From Heteronotia binoei (taxonomy: Eukaryota): a DNA stretch of 64,000 bases. Positions 32,948-46,400 of the stretch are shown piece after piece. The notes beneath the pieces were generated by a model, which saw nothing but the letters and a program-made list of their open reading frames with translations, was not told the origin of the DNA and did no database searches. A program made the translations under genes and the position numbers. Location: assembly GCF_032191835.1 (NCBI RefSeq), contig NC_083234.1:29016001-29080000 (forward strand). Direction: 5' to 3'. How positions within the stretch are numbered: the first letter of the stretch is position 1; each line of letters begins with the position of its first letter.

Positions 32948-35078
32948 GAATAGAGAAAATTAGAATCATCTTATTGATATAGTTCAGGGAATTAATTCAT
33001 GAGGAATTATTACAACCCCAGCCACGAATGCGGAAAGTGGATACCTGGAAATTGGTAATATATTGATCTTATCCATTAAGTGAGCTGTGAAATCCAGAGC
33101 TGAACTTGGAACTACAGATATACAAAAAAAAAAGAGGCAGAGGGCACATTGAGATGGTGTCTCTGTGCATGCACAGATGCAATCTGTGCCTTACCCATTC
33201 AGACATTACATCTTTCCTGTGTGTACTGACATGCATGTGACTCCCTGATCTGAGCAAACCCAATGTGAGATTCAGCCCCGAGAGAAAAATCAAATCAGAT
33301 GTGGGCTGCTGTATAGTGGGCAAAGCACCTGCTGACTAAGAAAAATGATCTCTGGTTCTATTTTGTCCTCCTGGAAAAATTCAACCCAGTGACTACTCAG
33401 AGGGACTCATTAGCATCTCTCACCTGTGTCAGGAAGGAGAGGGAGACTATAAATAAGCCCTTGGGGATCCATTAAATTAAATCCACTAAATACAGGAGGT
33501 GCTACAAAGAAATATACAGAATGAATTTCTGTTTTGAGTGCCAAAGAAAAGAGAAACTGGTTTGAAATGTATTATTGCTTATTGTTATTTACAGAGTGGA
33601 GCACTGACAATGTGTATGGTGCTTCATATGGTAGAAGAAAGTAGGTCCCTGCCTCCAAGGAGCTTACAATATAAATTTTACCATAAGGGAGACAACAAGG
33701 GGAAGATGAAAGAAGGAATGACCGAAAAAAGGGTGTGTAGTCAGTTCAGTTGAAGGTGCTTAGTTTCAGTAGGAAACAGGCACTTAGGAGGTCTGTACCT
33801 AGGGCTTTGCAGAATAGGTGCGTTGGAGGTGTTCTGGGAGGTGTTTCTGGGCATAAGGAGCATCAAGGGGCAAAGTCCTTTTGGGGTGCAGTAGCCCTTC
33901 AGACAGTTGGGAACGGCAATGCTGGGGGACTGAAGGTAATGGACATGGGTATCTCAAGATCTGATTTTAGAGAGAGAGGCGGCAAAGCAATGGAAGACTT
34001 TTCAGGCAGGAAAGAGGCACTTGTGTTGGACCTGGGAACAGTCACATTCTCAAGGCCAACAGTGGTCCACCTCTGCTCTTACTGCTGCAGCCCAGGAAGA
34101 AATCAGAGGGGTTCAGAGCGGCACCTTTAAAGAGCTACGCCTAAAATCTGCACTACCTACTATCCGGGCAGCAGACCTGGAAGATGGCCAGGGGTGTCCT
34201 GGCTGGGGAATTGACCACATTTCTGTCTGGACTCTCATGAGGCTCACTAGAATCCCCTACACACACCTGGGTCGTTCTAGCAGAGTCATTAGGGAGGATG
34301 GGCTCAGGCTGTCTAGTGTGCAGTGAAGAAGCCTGAGGAGGATTCAAGGTGAAGCTTAACCCTTCCTCTCTGGCCCAGAAACCTGACCCAGTACACCCAG
34401 ATGCTTACAATGTGGTAATAATAATAATATGTAACACCTGCACAGTACAGTCAAGTATTCAACATGCGTGACATAACTTACCTTGTTGATACTGTTACAG
34501 CAGCCCCACACAGAGGTCCAGTGTTGTTATCCTCCCAATGTAGACAGGAGGCTAAGGAGAAGACAGAGGGTAGTTTGCCCACAATCCCACCCTCCTTTAA
34601 GTTGGGGGCAGAAGTGAGATCTGAACCAAGGGTTTCCTGATTGATGGCTCAGGTGCTTAGGGGCTTTGCCATATCAGCTTTCAACACTGTAGATCACCAG
34701 AATCACTACTCTTTACCAATATTGTTCTGCAAACACACCTTCCCATAAATGTATTTTTAGAGATGAAGGGAAAATCCCAGTATGAAAAAGCAACCTTGAA
34801 GCTCACTCATAGAATGTTTAATTGTATATATTAAGTTGAATGCGCAACTCACCCTTCCTTTCTTGAAAACGCAGGGAAGATAACAGTGTAATACACAAAG
34901 TGAAGTTAAATTAAAAAATATATATTTATAAAACCAACCGTATTGACAATATTTAATTTAATTTACAATGCAGTGTTACCCTTTTCATAAGTCCATTTGA
35001 CTTCAATAGGCTCTTGCTTAGGGCTTTTATGTTCCATTTTCCTCTGGGCCAGAGCAGTATTGCTGAATGGCTGTCCTC

Positions 35079-35234
<156 letters not shown>

Positions 35235-35553
35235 TCATGTTATTGTGGGGCAGAAATCTCTGGAGTGTCCAAGTAGCTGCAGAGTGACTTGACCTAGTGA
35301 CCACAGATGCTGCCCACTGGGGCAGGTCTATCTTTATGGGTTGCCAGTTCCTTTTCAGGCCCAATTCGAAGTGTTGGTTTTCAGTTTAAAGCTCTCAGTC
35401 CATCTGGGATCTGTATACCTTAAGGGTCTCCTTCTCCAATACAAATGTACCACTCTTGAACACGTATGAAGCCACCTTATACTGTCCCAGAGAACCAGTC
35501 TATCAAAGTCAGTACTGCCTACTTTGACAGGAAGTACTCCAGGCTCTCAGACT

Positions 35554-35833
35554 GAGAGCCAGTTTGGTGCAGTGGTTAAGTGTGCAGACTCTTATCTTTG
35601 AGAAATGGGTTTGATTCCCCACTTCTCCACTTACAGCTGCTGGAATGGCCTTGGGTTAGTCATAGCTCTGGCAGAGGTTGTCCTTGAAAGGGCAGCTGCT
35701 GTGAGAGCCCTCTCAGCCCCACCTACGTCACAGGGTGCCTGTTGTGGGGGGAGAAGATATAGGAAGTAAGCCACTCTGAGTCTCTGATTCAGAGAGAAAG
35801 GCGGTGTATAAATCTGCAGTCTTCTCCTTCTTC
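35554..35833 (+). mobile_element. tRNA/CORE-like SINE (Squam2/MIR-like)
   Basis: Head GAGAGCCAGTTTGGTGCAGTGGTTAAG, box B GGTTTGATTCC and tail GGCGGTGTATAAAT...CTTCTTC. Confidence 0.8.
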
Positions 35834-36577
35834 ATTACCTGCTATCAGATGCTTTTAACTGGAGAAGCTACAGATTGGACCGAGGGCCTCCTGCAGGCAA
35901 AGCACATGCTGTAGTATTGAGCCACAGCTCCACTCAGATCTACATCAGCAGCTGTGCTCGAGTGAACAGAATGCTGGACTACGGGGGCCCTTGGTCTTCT
36001 CATTTTATTTTTCTGTGTTTCCCACCCTCTGGTGTGCAACAATGTCTTGAATAGCTTTCAGTCTGCCCCAGTCAGCCACATCTCCCCAGATGTTCCTCCC
36101 TCTCAGCTAAGGTTCTGAGTGACCTGCTTAACTAACCAGTCTATTAAATCTGCATAAACTTTCACAGGAGAAAATCATTCTAAGGGGAAAAACTAATTCA
36201 GATGATGATATGACGTGTGTTGCAGCAGGCTTCATCTTGGAAGAGGGATTCCCAGCTCTCACACGCAAGAGGGAATGCTTCTTTCTAAGATATTCATTTT
36301 GTTTCTATTCCACCTGTCTCGCACAGACTTAAGGCGAACAGTGCTGGCCACCTGCAGTTTTTGTAAGTCTTAACATTGAAAAGCACCTTTTTAGTCAGTC
36401 CATTCAAAATCAATTAACCGTTAGAATTTGCACATGCTACCTTGGAAGGAACCAGCATTCTTTCTTGGCTTTTAGATGACATATGGACATTCCATAGAAG
36501 ATACCTCCTCAGAAGAGGTATCTTTCTGTCCTATGTGACAAAAGAAGAGGAATGCCTCTTTTAAGATAGATTCTATC

Positions 36578-36783
36578 CAATGCTCCCTCTAAGCTGTGGA
36601 GTCTTATGAACAAAAATTCTACTTTGTGAACTACTGGCATTAAAATTGTGAGTGAGCGATTTGGCTACTGCATAAATTAGTTTGCTCAGGGGCCATCCTT
36701 CCTGAGCTAAGACAAAAATGTATGAGCCGGAGTCTGCAAAACTGTGAGCTAGCTCACACTAACTCAGCTTAGAGGGAAAACTG
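36578..36783 (-). mobile_element. hAT-like MITE (family A)
   Basis: TIRs CAATGCTCCCTCTAAGCTG and CAGCTTAGAGGGAAAACTG. Degenerate 8-bp TSD ATTCTATC / CTTCCATC. Confidence 0.8.
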
Positions 36784-38339
36784 CTTCCATCATAGTTTTT
36801 GTAAGATCTTTGTATTAAAAATGATTAGATTTTTAAGAATTGCTTCCTGATAAAAGTAGGGCACCATCCAAAATGGTTTGAGATTAATTTTACCTATTAA
36901 TCAACTATACTTTGCCATTCTGATTCTGAAGGAACCTCTTGGTAACCATACAATTTTAGATTCCAAAGGGGAAGCCACATTAAGAGGTTGAAACAAAAAC
37001 CACGAGAGTCCTATGGCATCTTAAAAGACCATCAGTTTATTGTGGCAGAAGGTCCCCTGAACCACAGCCCACTTCAGGAGGCCTGTAAAGTTACTTTCCA
37101 TTAGCAGTTCTAGTACGATCATTAGTCTCCACTTGAAGCTAGTCAGTAGTAGGATCTACAGAGCTAGGGCTTCCAGTTCTTGTTTATAGTGGAGACTTCT
37201 GTAATTAATAAATGTACAATTAACTTTTAAAGTTTCCATCCATGCTCATTAGCGCAAGAATTATTTGCAAAAAACTGCAAGCTTAGTTTGCATTCTAGAT
37301 GCTTTGCATGCCAATTGCCCTCTAGTGACCCCCCTGCCCTTAGAATTAAACTGCTGTTGTGGTCATAAGAAGAACCCCACTGGATCAGACCAACATAGCC
37401 CAGCATCCTGCCTCACACTGTAGCCAACAAGTTCCATTGGATGGCCATCAGTCTGTCCTGCAGATATAAAGAGGGATGCATGCTGGGACAGTGGAGAGGA
37501 ATGGGCTTAAAACTGCCATACAATTACAGGAAAAGAAGTTCTGAATAACTAGTTTTTTTAAAAAAAGAGTCTGATAGCATGAGACACCCATCTTTTCCCT
37601 CCCCCCCACCGTCCCCAAAAAGACATGGATTCCAAAACCATCTTCCCAGCTCCCAGGACTGCTCGACACTCAGCTTACAGCAAAGGTGAGTTTCATGAAA
37701 CAGCCTTAACATAAGCTTGACCTCAGCTCTGCTACGGAACAAGTCTCCCGAGGGCGACATGTTTGCTCGTTCAACACGCTTCACTTTTTAATTAGCCAAT
37801 TAGCAGACTTTGGGTGCTGAAAGCTCAGAGCATGTATTATTGATACGGATGATGCTGGGCGGCAGGTGCAGTTGGGGCTAGAGATCCTTGGAAAGGAACT
37901 TTTTTTGTTGTTGCACAGCGCCTCTGCCTTGTGTCCCCCTGCTTTGATTTTGCGATACAGAGCAAAACAAAAAGGTAGACATAAAGAGAGAGCTGAAGAA
38001 AGAGGAGGGGTGGGGAATCTGAATTGCAGGAATGAGGACATGAAACCTGGCATGTTGGCTAGTTGGTGTTAATTTCCACTGCAGCAGAACTACTTGGGTT
38101 GACTCTACCCTGAAGCAAGACGTTTGGCTCCTGCTGACCCCTGCTGAGTCAGCGATGCTTCTCTGACAGCTTGCAGTCCATTGCCTGATCCTCTAGTCCT
38201 CTACCTTCATTCCCCTTGACCTCCTACTTTACTGCTGCACTCTGAAGCAGCCTAGATCATTAACATGTGTCTGCATTCTGCGGTTTACAAGTCTGATGTC
38301 CTCAGCTCGGATCCAGACCAAGTCCCTCGTGGGTAACAC

Positions 38340-38520
38340 AAGGCAACCAAGATGACCAAGGGGCTGGACAATCTTTCATCCAAAGAAAGGCTAAGGAACC
38401 TAGGACTTTTTAGTTTATAATAAAAGATGAAGAGAGAGGGACATGATACAGGTGTATAAAATTATTCATGGAATGGAGAGAGCTTTTTCTCCCTTTCCCA
38501 CAGTACTTGAATTGAAGATA
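38340..38520 (+). mobile_element. Old CR1 fragment
   Basis: GCAACCAAGATGACCAAGGGGCTGG...AAGGCTAAGG...GGGACATGATA resembles the CR1 ORF2 3' region at about 12530-12660. Confidence 0.6.
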
Positions 38521-39473
38521 GTTCCCTTGTCATTTCTTGCTGGAGTTTAGGCTTACAGGAATACTAAGGCAGGGGTGGGGGATGGGGTTTGAGTAAGATG
38601 ATCCACAGCCAGAACCAGATGGATCCAAACAGGTCTGACAGTTTTAGGTGATCTTCCTGTTGATATAGTTGGTGCTCCTGTTGATGCCCTGATTGATCTC
38701 TGGTTTGAAAAAATGACCTGAGCTGTTGGTAACAATTGCTCCTAGATGCACTCTCTCAGGTCTTAAGAGCTCTGGTAGCCCCTATGCTTACAGAGAGGCT
38801 GTGGGCTATGAAAAGATAAGGAAAACTGCTATAGAGTGACAGTGGAGAATGACTTGTGATGAATCCAACAAGACACAGGCTGGAGCACATTTTAAAGCCT
38901 CTTCTGTAGTGGTGATGATAGTAAAAGAATCAATACTTCGCCACTCATGTTTTGCACACTGTAGGCCTGTGGAACTTTTCCAGGTGGTCAGAGGCCCATT
39001 GGAATCCAGCCTGTGGGAGGAAGTGGGTTGCTTGGGCCCACTGTGACCAGTTTAACTAACACTTTGCAGATAAAATCTCTCACATTTTGGACTACACTAC
39101 CAGTGATAAGGTCAGATGGTGCCCAATTATCCACCTTTTTCTTCAGTCTGAGGATATGGGTAGGGTTCTTAGAGCTTTAAGACCTACCATCTGCTTGTAT
39201 AACTACTTGTCCCTCTTGGTTCCTCAGTTTTGTTTTGTTTTTTTTTCATTTTACATAATTTTATTGACACAAACATCGTCCTTTTACAAAATACTATGTC
39301 ATTCTATCAAACCAATCTTAATACATAAACAAAATTCTTCTTATTACTTTCATCCTATTTATATACCACAATCTTTAAACTAAACTGTCTTATCCATAGA
39401 ACATAAAACAGAGAGTGGAAATGGATTTCAACATCAAAAATTAACCACCTAATTTTATAAACTAAACTTAATA

Positions 39474-42400
39474 TTATACCATTGTTTCATCTCCACCAGA
39501 TCCTTTATTATCATTTTCTTTTGTCTTTCTATCAAGCCACATATACAATTTCTTCCATTTATTGCTTGCTACTGGTTTGGCCTCCCCTTTCAGGAGAGCT
39601 GAAAGTATGTCCGCTTTAGCAACATGAAGTACTTTTTCAACCAATTCATCTAAATTTGGGCATCTCCCTTTCCTCCAATATTTAGCTAATAAGATTCTAG
39701 CAGCTGTAAGGATATAAATCACCAAATACTCATCTTCTTTTAATAGCTCCTTTCTTACCATAGATAATAACATAACCTCTGGTTTAAATTGGAAATCCAT
39801 ACATAGTACCTCCTTTAAAAATACAAAGACTTTCACCCAAAACTTTTTCACAATGAAGCAAGTCCACCATAAATGGTAAAATGTACCTGTTTTAGTTCCA
39901 CATTTCCAACATTTAGGTGACAAACTAGTGTTCATCTTTGATAACTGGACTGGAGTAATATACCACCTATGGAACATTTTGAAAAAAAATTTCCCTATAA
40001 CTTACTGGCTTGATGATTGTATAGTTATTTTTACACAATTGTAACCATTGTTCTAAGTCAATGGTCTTTCCCAAATTTTGTGACCATTTGATCATCGATT
40101 CTTTCACCAATTCATCTTCTAAATTTAGTTGCATCATATAGTTATACACTTTTTAAATTGATTTGTCCTCCTTTGCCGATAATATTTTGTCAAAATCAAA
40201 ATTCCCTTTGGTGAAGCCAATTAATTTATCTTTATTAAATTTAGCCATAATCTGCAAATTTAACCACCAGTCTATTTTTATTTCTCTCTGTTCTAGGTCA
40301 TCCATCTTTCTTAACTTGTCATCATCATCCAACAACTCCTGATATGTCACAATATTCGAAGAGTCCCATAGTTGTGGTTTTATAGATGCTTCTACTGGGG
40401 AAATCCACCTGGGCGTCTTACTATATATCTTTCTTTTTATTTTTATCCAAACACTGAAAATGGTTTTCCAAATTAAATGATTAGTAAAATATTTATGACC
40501 TTTATCTATATACCACAGATTTGCATGCCAACCAGTCGAAAGATCATATCTTTCTAAAGCAAGAATTCTCTTATTCTCCAAATTTATCCAATCTTTCAGC
40601 CAGACCGTCACATTAGCAATATAATACGATTCCCAATCTGGTAAACTTAATCCACCATTTTCTTTTTTATCACTAAGTATTTTCCATTTAACCCTTGGCT
40701 TTTTCCCTTGCCAAATAAATGTCCTGACAGCTTTATTCAATTTATTTTTAAAATCCTTCTTAATTGAAAAAATGATTGTTTGAAGTAAAAACATCACTTT
40801 CGGGACAATAGTAATCTTGATAAGAGCAATTCTGCCCATAAAAGACAGTTGCATACCTTCCCATTTTTTCAATAAGTTTCCAACTTCTTTGAGCAGAATC
40901 ACAAAGTTGTTATCATATACACTACTACACTTACTTGTCAAATTTATTCCCAAATATTTCACTTTCTTTTCACTTTTAAAACCAGCTCTTATTTCCAGGT
41001 TATTAATCTCCTGTGTTGTCATGTTCTTTGTTAGTATTTTAGATTTCTGTTTATTTATTTTCAAACCTGTGGCTTGCCCATAATCATCTATTTCTTTCAA
41101 AACCTCATCTATTGATTCCAATGGGTTTTGCAAAATTAAAACAATATCATCAGCATATGTCAGTAACTTATATGTCTCACCCTTTACCTTCAAGCCTCTA
41201 ATACTACCATTACTTCTAATAGATTCATTAAAAACCTCCAATGATAAAATAAAAAGTAATGGGGAGAGTGGGCAGCCTTGTCTAGTACCCTTACAAACCT
41301 TTATTTCTTCAGTAGCTTCACCATTTACAATTATTTTAACTTTCTGTTCACTATAAATTGCTTGAACATTTCTTATAAAATCCTCTCCAAACTCCATAGT
41401 CTTAAGCTGTTGCAACAGAAAATTCCAGTCTAAATTATCAAAGGCTTTTTCCGCGTCAAGTAAAATTAATGCCAATTGTTTATCTCTATTCGATTCATAA
41501 TACTCCAGAATATCTAAAATAATTCTAATATTTGTTCTCAAATGCCTTTTTGGAAGGAAACCTGTTTGGTCCGGGTGGATCTATACAATCAAAAAAATTT
41601 TCAATCTATTTGCGAGTATAGAAGCGTAAATCTTATAATCAACATTAAGTAACACAATCGGTCTAAAGTTCTTAATTTCATCATAATCACAATCCATTTT
41701 TGGTATAAGGGCTATATTCGCATATCTCCAAGAGCTTGGTATTTCTGCAGTTAACCACACTTCCTCTATCATTTTTTTAAATTGGTAAATTAAACTTTCC
41801 CTAAACACGATGTAATACTTGGCGGGGAGGCCGTCCGGACCTGCCGCCTTATTCTTCTTTTGTTTGCTCCAAGCCTCTTCAACCTCAAACATCGTAACCG
41901 GACTATTCATTATTCTCTTCTGTTCATCCATTAATTTAAGAAAAGATCTACTCAAAAGGTAGTCTTTCTGCTTTTTCTGATCTATTTCCACTGAATCATA
42001 TAACTGTGCATAAAATTCCTTAGTTATCTTTTTCAGGTCTTCTGAAAGATATTTAGGATTCCCTTCTTTGTCCTTCAGTACCTTTATTGTTCTTTTCTCC
42101 TGTTCTTTCTTAATTTTATACGCAAGCCATCTTCCTGATTTGATAGCATTCTCAAAAAACTGCTGTTTGGCAAAAAGAACTTTCCTCTCCATTTCCTCCA
42201 AAAACATCACATGAATCTTATGTTGCAACAGTTTTATCTTATTCTTAATCTCCTGAATATTTGGTGTCTTTTTAAATTGTTTTTCCTGTTGTTTTAAGTG
42301 TTCAGTTATTTCTTCTAATTTTTTATTTTCTTCCTGTCTCTTATGTACACTAAAATTCTTAATCAAGCCTCTAACATAAGCTTTACTCGTTTCCCACACA

Positions 42401-43261
42401 ATTTTTGATGAGACCTCCTTCTGATCATTTAGCTTAAAAAAACCATCTCATCTCTTCTTTTATGTATTCAATAAATTTCTTATCTTTAACTAATCCTGGA
42501 TTCATCCTCCATCCTCCTATTCTTCTTGCACTTTTCATAGACAATAAAATAGGATTATGATCTGCCAGTGTACTTGGGAGGATTTCAATATCATCAACTG
42601 ATTTCACTAAGCTCACTGAGAGCCAACACATGTCAATGCGAGACCACGAACTGTGTCTGTGGGGAAAAAAACGTATAGTCTTTCCTTCCCGGATTTAATG
42701 AATGCCACAAATCAATCAGTACGATTCCTCAGCCATTTAAAAAAAATTTCCAGTAAAACATTACTATTACATTTTTTTCATTTATTATTCCCCCCCCTCC
42801 AGATTTCTATCGATATCTGGACAATTTACCGCATTAAAGTCTCCGATCATACATATATTTTCATAATCGTAATTACCCACAGTCGAATAGATGTTTTTAT
42901 AAAAAGCTCCCAGTTTCTCATTTGGTGCATAGATATTTACCAACAGAAATTTCTGCTGGTCCCTAATTATCTCAATTCCTTGAAATCTTGCATCTTGTGA
43001 GGAAAAAATCAATTTGGTTTGTATATCTCCTTTAATATAAGTAACCAACCCTCTCTAATTTTTCTCCTTTTCTGATGTTATTATCGCTTTACCTAGTCTC
43101 TTGCCCTCTAACAAGGTTTCATCTTTTTGTTTTATATGCGTCTCCTGAAGACAAACGATATCTGCATTCAACTTCCTTAGTTGCATTAACACCCTTCTCC
43201 TTTTACTAGGAGAATTTAGACCATTGGGATTTAATGATAAAATCTTCAGTTGCCTTGCCAT
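39474..43261 (-). pseudogene. L1 ORF2 (APE endonuclease, RT, Cys-rich C-terminus), fragmented
   Basis: ILSLNPNGLN, CLQETH, IGDFN, LADHNP, GTRQGCPLSPLLF, YADD and CWKC...HLWWTC. Split into seven ORF-track pieces. Confidence 0.93.
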
Positions 43262-43269
43262 AACTAATT

Positions 43270-44267
43270 TTACGACCCTCTATACTCTGATTGTAGATTT
43301 TTCTTTTTTTCCTGAAGTCTTGTTTCTATCTGATTTGATTCTTCACCAAGAATAACCTCTCCCTCCTCTTGCTCATATATTTGCAAAGGGTCTACCAACT
43401 CTTGTGACTCACCCGAGCCCTGCCTTATCTCAAATTCTTTTGAATTCCCTTTGCTTATTCTTTTCGACCAATTCTTAGCCTGATTATTTAAAAAATCTTC
43501 TAATTTAAACCTAGAGTCGATTTTATATCTGGTGTTCAAAAATGTAAACAATAGACCTTCTGGAATAAGCCATTTGTACATTATCTCATTATCCTGTAAC
43601 ATCATCGCCAATTTCATATATTCTTTTCTTTTCTGCCTTATTGACCATTGAATTTCTCTCATTATTTTAATTCTTACTCCTTTAATTACAAGTGGTTGCT
43701 CTCTTGTTACACTCTCTCCTTTATTCCTTTCCGAACAAATTTGAGATGTATTTCTCTAGGTAACTCATTCTTTTTTGCATATAAAGAGTTTACTCTCTCT
43801 ATATAATCAAATTCCTTTTCTACCACTGACTTTTCCATTTCCAAAATTGACATCAATGCATCCCCAAATAAATTTGTCAAATCTTCATTTTTCTCCTCCG
43901 GGATGTTCAAAAATCTTAAAATATAATCTGCATTCCCCATTTCTATCTTAGCCACTTTCTCAGTTAACTCTAGCTGTTTAGATTCTATTGTATTCACACG
44001 ATGATCAGTTATCATTAATTTATCCTCTATTGATTTTGTTATCTTAACCAACTTCATTATATCTTTTTTCGTATCCATTGAACAGCAATCTAAACTCTCT
44101 AGTTTATCTGCCAGCCCGTTCATCTGTCCACTCAATGAATTCTGCATTTGATTTAAAGCATCCATAAATGTCGACTGCAATTCTTTATACGTCTCCAGGG
44201 TTATTGTAGCCCCGACCGACTTAGGTTGTCCTGGAGAAAACTTCGTTTTTGGTTGGTGAGACATCAT
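43270..44267 (-). pseudogene. L1 ORF1 (coiled coil plus RRM-like), disrupted
   Basis: Heptad-rich N-terminus followed by LRFLNIPEE. Two ORF-track pieces (43707-44267 and 43270-43662). Confidence 0.8.
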
Positions 44268-45819
44268 TAATTTACAAAATTAGAATTAAATTAAACAACA
44301 ACCTTAAGAGAAGCCTAAATATGCGTTTGGATTATAACAACAAAATTATTTTCTGAAAACACTTCTTATATTGTCATAACTTCTGCTGCCTATTTAATCT
44401 TTCCGACTACCACCCCCTCAAATACTCAACAAATCAAATGCAACTAATTAAATACAATCGTCAAATATAATCATCTTACAGATCCACCAGTCCAAGAAGA
44501 AAAAGCTCCTTATCTCTCAGCTCTCCTACCACTCTTCAACTCTTCTTCACGTCGCGTCTCCTCCTTCAACAAATCTCCTTCCACGTGTCTCCCACACTTA
44601 TCAACCGTCGTCTCCGTCTCCGCACACTCAATTTTCAGCTCAACCAATTATCAGTCTTGGCAGTCTCCTCAGCTCTCACACCTTTCTTTACAGCCAGCTC
44701 AAAGTAATTACTCCAAGTTTTAGTTTATCCCACTCAAGGCAAGGCAACAAAACCAAACCAAACAAACAAACAAACAGGAGGGCACCCCTGCAAAACACCT
44801 TGTAGACCAGTTCTTCACCAACCAGTTCAGTCTCGCCCATTCACCGCTCAAGCGCCTCACGATGGAGCAAATCCGGAATAGCTGAAAAAACAGCAAGGCA
44901 GCGTGAAAAATGAAAAAAAAAACTAAATCAAAGTGAAGAAGGCATGTCCACTCGAGCCTAGCTGAAACCGCTGTGGCCGATGTCGTGTCTCTTCAATTCC
45001 GCCCATTCGCCAGTTGCCTCCTTTGTTATATCCCCGACTGGGAGTTGTACATCACCAAAAATAAAGAAAAGATTCCAAACAATTTTGTCCCACAGCACCT
45101 ACCGTCTCCCACCTCTGTGTTCCGGAGGCCGGGCTGTTTCGTCCGAAGATGCCGAAAGGCTTCGGGACAAGGTAAAAGGGGGGGGGGAAACCAGGCGCTG
45201 AAACCCCCAGCTGATTCCCCCTAGCTCCTTCAGTGCACTTGCTCCACAACTGGAGTCTTGTGAGGACCACAGGGTCCCCCGAAAGCCTTCGTTCAACTCG
45301 TCTCAGGAGAGAGTTCTCTGAGACCCAGCTGCTCCGCCGCAAACCGGAAGTCCAGGTCCTCAGTTTTTTAAGGCAGGAGTTGGTAGCCTTGGTTCAGTAG
45401 GCAATAAAAGCCACCTTGAGAGACAGGTAGGTCACAAGCCTTGAAACATATAGGTGGAGGAAAGGCAACCCTGTTGATTCTTCTGGACCTTTCAGTGGCT
45501 TTTGGTACCATCAGCCATGGTCTCCTTCCGGACCTCATTTCAGGTTTGGGACTGGATGGCACAATTTTGCAGTAATCTCAGTCCTCTCTGGAAACAGAAA
45601 CTGGGTTTTAGAAGCTGGTGCTGGGAGCAGGCTGTTGCTTGTAGGGCCAGTGCCAGGCTTTCTGGTGTCCTAGGCTGGGAGGGTGGGGGCCACCCCTTCC
45701 TTCCCAGAGGGCACCCAGTTCAGTGCCCCCCTTGGTCGCACCGACCACCTAAGGTTGCCTAATGGGCACGCCGGTCCTGGTTGCTTGACCTCTTTCTGTC
45801 CATGCTTTTTAATATCTCT

Positions 45820-46400
45820 ATGAAACCGCTGGGTGAAGTTATCTGCAGCTGGGTCATCTCCAATGTTCCCTCTAAGCTGAGTTAGTGTGAGCTACTCACA
45901 GTTTTTTAGCCTCTGTCTTTGCTCAGGAAAAATAGTCCCAGAGCAAACTAATTTATTCAGTAGCTCACAACTTTAATGCCAGTAGCTCTCAAAGTAGAAT
46001 TTTTGTCCACAAGACCCCACATCTTAGAAGGGAGTATTGGTCATCACCAATGTGTTGATGATACTGCACTCTATCTTGCACTTCCAGCAGATCCCAAGAA
46101 GGCTATGGAAACCTTGACAAAAGTGTCTGGAGGCAGTTTTGGGATGGAGAACAGCTAATGAATTGCAGGTGGATTCTCTGGTAACATTTAGATGAATTAC
46201 TGCAATGTAGTTTATGTGCTCTCTGCAGCAAGAATGATGACTGGCATGTGTTGTAGAGTCCATATCACTCCAACTTACGCCAGCTCCAGTTTGTTTCTGG
46301 GTCCAATTCAAGATGTTGACATTGACCTTTAAAGCTCTATGTGGCTTGGAACAAGAATACCTTAAGGACCATCTACTCCCATATAAACTTACTCTAGTCT
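45820..46400 (+). mobile_element. Highly decayed L2-type LINE remnant interrupted by a MITE
   Basis: CATCACCAATGTGTTGATGATACTGCACTCTAT resembles HQYADDTQLY. The downstream LTFKAL...YLKDHL matches the L2 C-terminus. Confidence 0.55.
45861..46039 (+). mobile_element. hAT-like MITE (family A)
   Basis: TIR CAATGTTCCCTCTAAG and CTTAGAAGGGAGTATTG. TSD GTCATCTC / GTCATCAC (7 of 8 match). Confidence 0.85.

Larger units (their letters stand above)
39232..45356 (-). mobile_element. Full-length L1-clade LINE (6125 bp), inactivated, in the last TMEM218 intron in sense orientation
   Basis: 11-bp TSD TCCTCAGTTTT (39221-39231 and 45357-45367) at a TT/AAAA site. 5' end GGACTTCCGG, about 1.1-kb 5' UTR, ORF1, 8-nt spacer, ORF2, AATAAA (39260-39265) and a decayed A tail. 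Confidence 0.93.

Noticed and set aside
8100-35000. Search for SLC37A2, the human tail-to-tail neighbour of TMEM218, or any other host exons
   Set aside because: No exon matching the recalled SLC37A2 peptide was found by eye. Absence is not proven, because of small exons and two gaps.
44973-45342. Antisense ORF0-like ORFs in the L1 5' UTR
   Set aside because: Short, the plus-strand ORF starts at GTG, and there is no conservation evidence in a single dead copy.
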